DNA of 64,000 nucleotides. Source: a virus (lineage: Duplodnaviria; Caudoviricetes). Below are positions 27,730 to 35,651 of this stretch, piece after piece. Numbering within the stretch: position 1 is the first letter of the stretch; each line of letters opens with the position of its first letter. The translations under genes were made by a program, and so were the position numbers. The stretch spans positions 32,001 to 96,000 of the IMG/VR virus record IMGVR_UViG_3300017780_003104; one strand, given 5' to 3'. The notes under the pieces were generated by a model. That model was not told where the DNA came from. It saw only the letters and a program-made list of their open reading frames with translations, and did not search any database.

Positions 27730-28209
27730 ATGGATAACGGATTTGTACCACCTATGACTCCAGATGATTTTGCGGCATTAGCTGCATTCGCTGGACCTAT
27801 GTATCAAGAGTCTAGGACTATTGAATCATTTACTTCAAATAATCCTATACCGAATGCCCATGACAATTATGGTAGTATGAATATCAAGCAAGGGCTTGAG
27901 CAAGCACAAAGGCTTGCTCAAGCCTCAGTTGCTCGTCAACAGCCCATATATGTTCCACCTGCTGTTCCTCTAGAACCGCCCGATAATGTTACTGAAATAT
28001 ATACTCCATATATTGCTACCATTACAACTGCGGTCCCTCAACCGGAACCATCTAATCAGTTAGAGTTTTCGTTTAATATTAATGAACAGAAGATATCTAA
28101 CGATTTATTAAAAGAAATTTCTAAGAAATTATCTAAACTTATTACATTATTGGAGAAGGAGGATAAGATCCCAAAGTCGAAACCGAATGTCAAACAAAAT
28201 CAAGTTTAA
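27730..28209 (+). CDS. hypothetical Pro/Gln-rich protein
   Basis: 159-aa ORF between gp32 and gp45. Confidence 0.55.
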   Translation: MDNGFVPPMTPDDFAALAAFAGPMYQESRTIESFTSNNPIPNAHDNYGSMNIKQGLEQAQRLAQASVARQQPIYVPPAVPLEPPDNVTEIYTPYIATITTAVPQPEPSNQLEFSFNINEQKISNDLLKEISKKLSKLITLLEKEDKIPKSKPNVKQNQV

Positions 28210-28903
28210 TAAAGAGGATTTTAAGAATTTTCTCGAAGGATTATCAAAAGTAAGTGATACATCAATTCTTAATATTGAAACCGATAAGATATTTGCTATC
28301 TCTTCTTCTGAAGATAGAAGTATGTTTTTATGGTCTACATTGGAAAGTGATTACGAATCACCCCAAGTTTTAAATTTACCATCAATCAAGAAATTATCAA
28401 AATCTCTTGATTTGATTAGTGGATCAGATGTAGAATTCATTTTAAATTCTAATAATTTGGAATATAAAGGATCTAAGGTTAAATTTAAGTATCACTTATA
28501 TTCTGATGGTATATTAGTTGCTCCTAAATTGACGTTATCTAAAATAACATCTCTCAAATATGAATATGAGTTCGATGTGTCGAAAGCATTTTTAGATTCT
28601 ATCGTAAAACAATCATCCGTATTTAAAGATACTAATAAGTTATACATCTTCACAGAAGATGGTAAATTGTATTGGTCATTAGGTGATAGGACTATGATGA
28701 ATACTGATGTATTAACTGTTGAAGGTGAAGATGTAGATTTTGAGATGGATGAATTCATTCTAAATCTAGATAATATTAGATTGTTATCGTTTGGCGATTC
28801 GAAAGTATTCACATTTAAAATTAATAAGATGGGAATTGGAAATATTATCTTGAAAAATGGTAATGTTGAACTAAATTATATATTATCAAGCCTAACTAAA
28901 TGA
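28187..28903 (+). CDS. gp45: sliding clamp (gp45/PCNA-like)
   Basis: 238 aa, two repeated beta-alpha domains (FLEGLSKVSD...LNLPSIKKL...KFKYHL...FILNLDNIRLL), replication-operon context. Confidence 0.65.
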   Translation: MSNKIKFNKEDFKNFLEGLSKVSDTSILNIETDKIFAISSSEDRSMFLWSTLESDYESPQVLNLPSIKKLSKSLDLISGSDVEFILNSNNLEYKGSKVKFKYHLYSDGILVAPKLTLSKITSLKYEYEFDVSKAFLDSIVKQSSVFKDTNKLYIFTEDGKLYWSLGDRTMMNTDVLTVEGEDVDFEMDEFILNLDNIRLLSFGDSKVFTFKINKMGIGNIILKNGNVELNYILSSLTK

Positions 28904-29415
28904 GTGTTCATGACGAAACATGGGACAAATGTTCTAAATGTAATCAAACCATAAAAACCTTTCATGGTGATTATCATGATTCGGGTGCATGTTCTCTGTA
29001 TAAGACATGGTATGAGTGGAATGACACATTTAAACCTATAGGTGAGGTAGACTTATCACCAATATTCAAAAATATGAAAGCAAAAAGTAAAAACAATATT
29101 ACAACGGGAGGCTATTTTTTAAATAGATTGAGGGATAGTGGATTTATTGCTATTCGACTGTTTAAGGATTATCCGATTCATGATCCTCGTAAGTGGACTA
29201 TTATGGTAGATCCAAGTGGTCATTCCCTTATGATCACTTGTTATGTAAACAAAGAAGGTCCGGGGGATGTGTATTTCGAATTTAATGATGGTGGAAATAA
29301 GTTTTTAAATAATTATAAGTTAAAAACTCAATCCATGGAGATTATTATAACAACTTTAATCGAAAAGGGTGTTCCACAAAAACAAGATAATAGTAATTAC
29401 ACTAAGAGTGATTAA
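28900..29415 (+). CDS. hypothetical protein
   Basis: 4-nt overlap with gp45; N-terminal CSKC..H...C segment may be separate from the core starting MKAKSK. Confidence 0.55.
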   Translation: MSVHDETWDKCSKCNQTIKTFHGDYHDSGACSLYKTWYEWNDTFKPIGEVDLSPIFKNMKAKSKNNITTGGYFLNRLRDSGFIAIRLFKDYPIHDPRKWTIMVDPSGHSLMITCYVNKEGPGDVYFEFNDGGNKFLNNYKLKTQSMEIIITTLIEKGVPQKQDNSNYTKSD

Positions 29416-29423
29416 ATATATTA

Positions 29424-29726
29424 ATGGATGATGATAAGGAGACACCAAACTTCCAAGAATTTAGTGATGATGATGTTAAGAATCTCTTAAAAGAAGCACT
29501 CTCATTACAATTAAAGGAAAAGAGAAAAGTTCCAAAGAGAAATGAATTAAATAATGCATTAATTGGAACTCTAGGTGAGTTTTTAACATGTTTCAAACTT
29601 ATTGGTTATGATTTAGATGGAAATCCAATTAACATGACAGTATATAAAGAGAAGATTGAAAAATCTGCATTGGATAATGCATTCATGGAAGAGATTGGAC
29701 GATTTATGAGCAGTAGAATTGGATAA
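29424..29726 (+). CDS. hypothetical protein
   Basis: TAAATA (29413-29418) 5 nt before ATG. Confidence 0.55.
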   Translation: MDDDKETPNFQEFSDDDVKNLLKEALSLQLKEKRKVPKRNELNNALIGTLGEFLTCFKLIGYDLDGNPINMTVYKEKIEKSALDNAFMEEIGRFMSSRIG

Positions 29727-29986
29727 TGTTTTTTAAAAGGATTAAACTTGGTGATATGTATGCATGTCGAGTTGGTGATTATGCTGGTAAGATGTTAATA
29801 TACATTGATAAAAATAAGCATGAGTATGGATTCTTGGCTTCACCAACCATGGAAAATATATGGGTGCCTATCGATAAATTTGATTTTGGTATTAAAGGTG
29901 GTATAATAAATTATGTCGAAAGAGTTCCTAAAGAGGTTAGAACGGTTGCCAAAGTTAAATTCTGGGACAACAAAAAAGTTATTTGA
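29726..29986 (+). CDS. hypothetical protein
   Basis: 86-aa ORF with stop/start overlap. Confidence 0.55.
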   Translation: MFFKRIKLGDMYACRVGDYAGKMLIYIDKNKHEYGFLASPTMENIWVPIDKFDFGIKGGIINYVERVPKEVRTVAKVKFWDNKKVI

Positions 29987-30998
29987 CCTTCCCACTGATT
30001 ATAGTATAGCTAAATTTTATGAATTAGGCTATAAAGTATCGTATAATAATTATAATAATACTTATAATTCTTGTTGTCCTATATGTAAAGAGGGTAAGAG
30101 TTGGGGTAGAAAGAAACGTTGTTTCTATATTCCAGAGAATGATAATATTTTTTGTCATAATTGTGGTTCAAGTTTAAAACCATATAATTGGATACGACAA
30201 GTATCTGGTATGAGTGATTTAGATATCCGCAATGATATAGGTAACAACCAAGTATCAGTAGAATTGAACTTTGATGTCTTTAATATACCGAAGAAATTAC
30301 CATCATTGCCTGATGATAGCATTAATTTGAGTGATTCTACACAATTATCTTATTATAAGGATAATCATATAGTCCAAACGGCACTAGCTTACTTAAAGGG
30401 ACGCAGATTGAACACTGCAATCAATAAATGTAACTTTTACATCTCCCTAAAGGATTATACACATAAAAATAGGTTAGTTATACCATTTTTAGATACTTCT
30501 GGTAATTTTATTCACTATCAGACTAGACGATTGTTTGAATGGGACGAAAAACCCAATTACCTTACTAAATTCAACTCCGATAAATCGATTTTTGGGATAG
30601 ATAGAGTTGATCCGACACTAGATGACGTTTTTATCTTTGAAGGACCACTAGACGCCTGTTTTATGCGAAATGGAGTGGCTGTGGCAGGTATCAATGAAGG
30701 TCATCACAAGTTTACACCAATTCAATTAGAACAATTAGAAGAATTGAAACTCTATACTAAGGTTTGGGTGCTCGATAATCAGTGGATTGATAAGGCAGCA
30801 CGTTTAAAGACTAAAGTTTTACTCGAAATGGGAGAGTGTGTCTTTATTTGGCCTGAGAAGTTCAAAAAGTTCAAGGACTTTAATGAGTTGTGCGTTCATT
30901 GTGGACTTGATGAGATAAAACATTCCTTTATAAAGAAAAACAGCACCTGTGGGAAAGGTGCTGTTGTCAAGTTTAAGGTTTTGTTTGGGAAGTTATAA
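29913..30998 (+). CDS. gp61: DNA primase (exact start uncertain)
   Basis: CCPICKEG...FCHNCG zinc domain, RLVIPF, YQTR, TOPRIM FIFEGPLD and VLDN. Confidence 0.9.
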   Translation: MSKEFLKRLERLPKLNSGTTKKLFDLPTDYSIAKFYELGYKVSYNNYNNTYNSCCPICKEGKSWGRKKRCFYIPENDNIFCHNCGSSLKPYNWIRQVSGMSDLDIRNDIGNNQVSVELNFDVFNIPKKLPSLPDDSINLSDSTQLSYYKDNHIVQTALAYLKGRRLNTAINKCNFYISLKDYTHKNRLVIPFLDTSGNFIHYQTRRLFEWDEKPNYLTKFNSDKSIFGIDRVDPTLDDVFIFEGPLDACFMRNGVAVAGINEGHHKFTPIQLEQLEELKLYTKVWVLDNQWIDKAARLKTKVLLEMGECVFIWPEKFKKFKDFNELCVHCGLDEIKHSFIKKNSTCGKGAVVKFKVLFGKL

Positions 30999-31163
30999 AT
31001 AATTATCTTTAAAATTTTCTTCCCCTTGTTTGAGAGATACTTCAAACATTTTTATTACATGTTTTAGACTTTCAATTGTTTCATCTAAATCAAAACTTTC
31101 CATTTGCTCTAATGTTTGTTTTAATAAACCTTTATTCTTACTAGGTTTGATGAAAAAAGTCAT
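30993..31163 (-). CDS. 56-aa hypothetical protein; missing from the ORF track
   Basis: Manual translation MTFFIKPSKNKGLLKQTLEQMESFDLDETIESLKHVIKMFEVSLKQGEENFKDNYL*; fills the gap. Confidence 0.45.
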   Translation of the reverse strand: MTFFIKPSKNKGLLKQTLEQMESFDLDETIESLKHVIKMFEVSLKQGEENFKDNYL

Positions 31164-31184
31164 AACTCGTTGATTATCAACAAC

Positions 31185-31625
31185 TCAAACATACTTGAAT
31201 CTTGCGTTGGATGTTTGCGCCATAAACCCTAAGAAGTTCTGGTGAAGGGAAGCTAAGTCGGATGCAACACGACTAATTTTAGTTTGTTGTGATTGTTTCA
31301 TCTTATCCATAACGGTATCTGGTTCAGCAGCAGCCAAACGAGATTGCACACTGTTAGGATCTTCACTATTTAAGAAGTTTAAAAATGTTTCAACTTGATC
31401 AATCCAACCCTGAAGTTCATTAATGATCTGTTGGTTACGTTTTGACATAGCATCGGCAACTTCATCAGTGACTTGCATTTCTTCTGGACTCATTTCGAGA
31501 TTTGTATCAAATTCTGATGGATCAACACCATCATCCAATGACGATTCCATTGCTTTTCTCTCAAGATCACGATCAAGATCTTGTTCTCTTAATACTTTTA
31601 CGAAATTTCGGGCAAATTTGCTCAT
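31185..31625 (-). CDS. hypothetical late protein, probable virion protein (start revised to 31625)
   Basis: TAAATA 5 nt before ATG; begins MSKFARNFVKVLREQD. Confidence 0.6.
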   Translation of the reverse strand: MSKFARNFVKVLREQDLDRDLERKAMESSLDDGVDPSEFDTNLEMSPEEMQVTDEVADAMSKRNQQIINELQGWIDQVETFLNFLNSEDPNSVQSRLAAAEPDTVMDKMKQSQQTKISRVASDLASLHQNFLGFMAQTSNARFKYV

Positions 31626-31662
31626 ACAGTTATTTAGTGTTTTAATACTAAATATATACATG
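31623..31662. promoter_or_regulatory. 40-bp bidirectional late promoter cassette
   Basis: CAT-N5-TATTTA-N5-TTAATA-N-TAAATA-N5-ATG; identical layout at 55143-55182. Confidence 0.7.
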
Positions 31663-32037
31663 GCCGAGTCCCCATATTCAACAAAATTCGCATCCGGTGA
31701 GATTGATCACGATCACGATCCAAGAACTCAGATGAGAAATTGGAAAAAAGAAGAGAAAGAAACGCATTATGCACCTAATGTTTTACCATATGAAATGGCA
31801 AATTTGCCTGAATATTATGGAAATATGGTTGATAATGGTATTCAAGCGTGTAAAACCCTTGAAATTGCTTTAAAGAGTAAGGAATTTAAGAATAAAAAAC
31901 AACTTTTAAAACTTAAAGATAATACCGAGAAGATGGTTGTATATCTTTTACAAAATGTAGACTCTGTGTTGGAAAAACATACGATTGGATCGAGACATCT
32001 TGGTGATCGAGACTTAGATTTTGAAGAAATGGATTGA
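31660..32037 (+). CDS. hypothetical late protein (start revised to 31660, MAESPYS)
   Basis: TAAATA 5 nt before ATG; the track's longer N-terminus is antisense to the neighbouring gene. Confidence 0.6.
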   Translation: MAESPYSTKFASGEIDHDHDPRTQMRNWKKEEKETHYAPNVLPYEMANLPEYYGNMVDNGIQACKTLEIALKSKEFKNKKQLLKLKDNTEKMVVYLLQNVDSVLEKHTIGSRHLGDRDLDFEEMD

Positions 32038-32061
32038 CATTCACTCCTTTTATGATATTTT
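32034..32061 (+). promoter_or_regulatory. early promoter TTGACA-N16-TATTTT (TGn-extended)
   Basis: TTGACA 32034-32039, TATTTT 32056-32061, ATG 32068. Confidence 0.6.
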
Positions 32062-32067
32062 ATCTAG

Positions 32068-32523
32068 ATGAAGACGTTTGTAAAACATAATTGGGTTAAT
32101 ATATTGGTCGGAGTTATCGTAGCTGGCTGTGTTTCATATGGAATTAGTGGTTACGTCCCATATGATAAATCCTTAGCTTTATCAATCCCATTAATTTTAA
32201 TGGGATTGTATTTCTTCGATAATAAAACCGTAGTTACTGAAGAATCGTCTAAATTACTTGAGATTTTAGATGAAACGGTTAAGGAACAAGCCACTATATT
32301 AGACGAATACGAACAAATTTTCGATTCCCAATTGGTTAAATTGCCCTGTGTGTGCGGTGGAAATACCTTCGAAGGGTTATTTTCCCCAAATACCGAAAAT
32401 GTGGTTGAATGTGAAAAATGTAAAAATATGTATCGAGTAAATATCAATTATGATACGGTATTAGTATCTAAGCCTTTGGATTTAAACCAAACCTTTGAGG
32501 ATCTCGTTGGAAAAACTGATTAA
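32068..32523 (+). CDS. membrane protein with two N-terminal TM helices, coiled coil and C-terminal Zn ribbon
   Basis: Two hydrophobic segments; CVC...CEKC. Confidence 0.6.
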   Translation: MKTFVKHNWVNILVGVIVAGCVSYGISGYVPYDKSLALSIPLILMGLYFFDNKTVVTEESSKLLEILDETVKEQATILDEYEQIFDSQLVKLPCVCGGNTFEGLFSPNTENVVECEKCKNMYRVNINYDTVLVSKPLDLNQTFEDLVGKTD

Positions 32524-32549
32524 TTAAAACCGAGTTATAATAAGACCAT

Positions 32550-32780
32550 ATGATAACGATAGAGAAGAAAAATGGTGAAGTTGTTGAGATGACAACAGAT
32601 GAATTCAGCAGATGGATGTGTTTAGCTGAAGCATTCTACTTCATTGAAGAAAAAGCAAATGAACTTAAAATAGATGTATCAGATTTATTGAAACCTTTAG
32701 CCATTGATGGATATATAAAGGAACGATTTGATGCAATGCGTCATGATATTGGTTGTGAGTTGGCACTTGGTAATCTATAA
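32550..32780 (+). CDS. hypothetical protein
   Basis: 76-aa helical ORF. Confidence 0.5.
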   Translation: MITIEKKNGEVVEMTTDEFSRWMCLAEAFYFIEEKANELKIDVSDLLKPLAIDGYIKERFDAMRHDIGCELALGNL

Positions 32781-33607
32781 ATAGATTCCAATTCTAAATC
32801 GATTGAACTTATGTAATCTTGTGTGATTACTGATTTAAACTCATTTAATAATTGGGTTTTATCTAAACCAAGCTCAGTAAACCCAATATAAAAGTTTCTA
32901 AATCTTTCTTTTAAATTATTTGGATAAGTTGTACCATTCGGTCTTTCGAATTTATGCATCCATCGTAAAAATGGTAAGCATATTACTTTCTTACCATTTT
33001 TTCTATATTTTTCGTGGATATAGCCTTCCTCACCACCGAATCCTGTAAAATTCTTGTTGAAACCCAGCCAAGAATCAGTTCTACACGAAAAAAGACCCAT
33101 TCCTTGTGCTGGAATCTCAAATGGGGAGTCATCTATATTCATGCCCTTACCATCACTAGCCCATTTCCCCCACATATAACTCCCCCAATGACTTAAATCA
33201 AAATAAGTGCTGACGGTCTTATTATCATCGTATAATAATGGACCATGTAATAGATTTCCATCATCTTCACCAGATTCATAGTAATCTATTAATTTTTTCA
33301 AAGATCCCGGTTCAAGTAAAACGTGGGAATCGATACACATTGTATATGGAGTGTCTGATAATGCAAAAACTTTACCTTTTAGCATACTTGACTGGTAATT
33401 AACAAATGGAAGATACTGAATTGGCTCAGTTACCCAATTTAAAAGTTTTTTAACGGATTCGCCATGTTTACCAGTTGGATTATTATCAACTATTACAAAT
33501 TCGATATCATCCAACACTTCTTTATGATACATTCTAATCGATTGAATTGTAAAATAAAGTCCGTCAAAGTCATCGTGGGTTGCCACACCAATAGTAAGCT
33601 TTCTCAT
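32741..33607 (-). CDS. GT-A glycosyltransferase with polypeptide GalNAc/GlcNAc-transferase-like (GT27/GT60) motifs
   Basis: D93-S94-H95, PAQGMGLFS, GFNKNFTGFGGEE, RWMHKFERP; TAAATA 6 nt before ATG. Confidence 0.75.
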   Translation of the reverse strand: MRKLTIGVATHDDFDGLYFTIQSIRMYHKEVLDDIEFVIVDNNPTGKHGESVKKLLNWVTEPIQYLPFVNYQSSMLKGKVFALSDTPYTMCIDSHVLLEPGSLKKLIDYYESGEDDGNLLHGPLLYDDNKTVSTYFDLSHWGSYMWGKWASDGKGMNIDDSPFEIPAQGMGLFSCRTDSWLGFNKNFTGFGGEEGYIHEKYRKNGKKVICLPFLRWMHKFERPNGTTYPNNLKERFRNFYIGFTELGLDKTQLLNEFKSVITQDYISSIDLELESIYRLPSANSQPIS

Positions 33608-33619
33608 TGGTGATATTTA

Positions 33620-34483
33620 TTAAAATTTTAATGTTTTACAAGAATATAAACACACTGTGGTATTTGATGTAGTAGTGACCAGTGTTGGTGGTTGTGTGGT
33701 TGTTGTTTCTGGTGGTAATGTAGTGGTTACAGTTATATTTGAGAAATTATTCCCATCTCTCTCATTAGTATTGAATATTAAAGGTGTTGGAGAATTTGGT
33801 GATATCAGAATATTAGTTACATCATAGTTAGGCGAGACTATAAGCGTAGTTGGAACGGGCCAAGCACAACAATCCCTATCATCATCAATAGTCCCCCAGC
33901 TATCTTCACCTGATAATGGTATAGATGGGGTAGTAGTAGGACTATTAGGATCTATAGTTGTTGTAGTTGTTGTAGTGGGAGCTACAGTAGTAGTTGTAGT
34001 GGGAGCTACAGTAGTAGTTGTAGTGGGAGCTACAGTAGTAGTTGTAGTGGGAGCTACAGTAGTAGTTGTAGTGGGAGCTACAGTAGTAGTTGTAGTAGTT
34101 GTGGGTGAAGGAATCTTCAATACATTCCAAAGATCTATTAGATTTTTATCAAAGTCATATACAGAACTTAATGGGATTGCTGACCCCATTCCAAATGCTC
34201 CAAATTTAGTAATACTAAATTCGAGGGGGTAACGTCCACTCCTTCTTCCATTGCTCGCCATGAAATACATATTAGCAAGTGGAGGATCGAATATTGGAAC
34301 ATATGACGAACTTAATAATATATTACCACTGAGACTTGTACTTACATTATATACATAATGAGTGTCAGAATTAACTATGCTATTAATTACACCATCACTA
34401 CTAGATAATAAAGACGAAGCTGTTTGGGACCATCCAAAAGCTGATCCAGACGAAGTAGAAGTTTTGAATATACCAAATGCCAT
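33620..34483 (-). CDS. mucin-like Thr/Pro-rich virion protein, C-x3-C-x2-LKF family member 1
   Basis: Five tandem PTTTTTVA-type units, DCCAWPVP, ends TTVCLYSCKTLKF*. Confidence 0.7.
   Translation of the reverse strand: MAFGIFKTSTSSGSAFGWSQTASSLLSSSDGVINSIVNSDTHYVYNVSTSLSGNILLSSSYVPIFDPPLANMYFMASNGRRSGRYPLEFSITKFGAFGMGSAIPLSSVYDFDKNLIDLWNVLKIPSPTTTTTTTVAPTTTTTVAPTTTTTVAPTTTTTVAPTTTTTVAPTTTTTTTIDPNSPTTTPSIPLSGEDSWGTIDDDRDCCAWPVPTTLIVSPNYDVTNILISPNSPTPLIFNTNERDGNNFSNITVTTTLPPETTTTQPPTLVTTTSNTTVCLYSCKTLKF
33971..34090. repeat. 5 perfect 24-bp tandem repeats TGTAGTGGGAGCTACAGTAGTAGT
   Basis: Counted units at 33971, 33995, 34019, 34043, 34067. Confidence 0.95.
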
Positions 34484-34486
34484 TAT

Positions 34487-35614
34487 TTAATATGGTGTTT
34501 CAACAAATAGTTGAGCCGTATTTTTAAATGATAGGACTTTATTTACTGGTATATTTACTGGTGTATCGTAATTAATCACATTGATAATTGAGGTTGTAGA
34601 ACCAGAAAAATATCCAAGTATTATTTGTGATATATCACTACCTCCAACAGTAACCAGTCCATATACGTTTGTATTAGCTGTTGAATTGTTGGTAATAGTT
34701 GGTAATCTATCAGATGTAATATCTAAAGCCGTAATGGTTTCAGTTGGGATATTACTGGCAGCTACGTATATAGTTGAGCTGTAAGGAATACCTGAAATTG
34801 ACGATACTTTGTTAGCATTATTCATTAGTAATATTCTATTTGGAATATTACTAGCTGTGCTTATATCTGTGGTTAAATGGAGAAATCTTTGGAGTGTTCC
34901 ACTCCCACTTAAACCTTGTATGTAATCATCATTTGTAAAGGGTCTAGGTATTCCAATGTCAATAGTAAATGTATTTTTAAAATCACGTATAATTAGAGAA
35001 TCTCCGATACTTAAAGTAATAGCTGGGGTTAGCATGATATAAGCACTAATACTTTGAGTCGGAGCGTATACGATAGTATTAATGGTTTGTGGGACAACTA
35101 CTGGGGCAAATAATCCAGATAACGATCTAGACACTGAACTAGGTGTTGTGGTTAGTGTATTTGAGAAAACTGCTGCTTGGTAAGAACCAGTAACCTCACC
35201 ACCATTAAATGGATTAGTTCCAGTTTTATTACGTATTAATTGTGATGGAGTTGTTACACTACCAGATAGAGATATCTGAATAGTGCTTAGATTTCTAACT
35301 AATACGTAAGCTTTTTCACCTGATGGGAATTGCACATGATCCCCAACATTCATACCAGATGCGCTATTGAATATCACATTACCAGTCTGTCTATATACTG
35401 TATTACCCGATAATGTATAAGTTCCAGTCAATAATTCACTTCCGAGTTGGTTGTGGGTCCAGAAGAGAGTATTATTGATACCCATATATATTTGGCGACC
35501 TGCATTAACTGCCCAACTAGACCATATATTATGTCTTTTACCATAATCAACTATAGTTCCATCCTTTTTTAATATCGCCAAATCGATAACTGCTCCTAAT
35601 ATTGGATCTTTCAT
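34487..35614 (-). CDS. putative tail/baseplate appendage protein; paralogue of 35652..36803
   Basis: TATAAATA (35622-35629 minus); shares LGAVID..KxDG..V.YGK.HN start, GSG..QR and YDTP...VETP with its neighbour. Confidence 0.6.
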   Translation of the reverse strand: MKDPILGAVIDLAILKKDGTIVDYGKRHNIWSSWAVNAGRQIYMGINNTLFWTHNQLGSELLTGTYTLSGNTVYRQTGNVIFNSASGMNVGDHVQFPSGEKAYVLVRNLSTIQISLSGSVTTPSQLIRNKTGTNPFNGGEVTGSYQAAVFSNTLTTTPSSVSRSLSGLFAPVVVPQTINTIVYAPTQSISAYIMLTPAITLSIGDSLIIRDFKNTFTIDIGIPRPFTNDDYIQGLSGSGTLQRFLHLTTDISTASNIPNRILLMNNANKVSSISGIPYSSTIYVAASNIPTETITALDITSDRLPTITNNSTANTNVYGLVTVGGSDISQIILGYFSGSTTSIINVINYDTPVNIPVNKVLSFKNTAQLFVETPY

Positions 35615-35651
35615 ATATTCTTATTTATAATTAATGTTTATATAGTAAACC

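Noticed and set aside
32550-32780. gp33 late co-activator assignment
   Set aside because: Only loose size and helical resemblance; no motif I can support.
33945-34232. ORFs with HYNYYCSS repeats (33945..34130 -) and GATVVVVV repeats (33975..34232 +)
   Set aside because: Alternative-frame and antisense readings of the 24-bp VNTR inside 33620..34483; no independent start signals.
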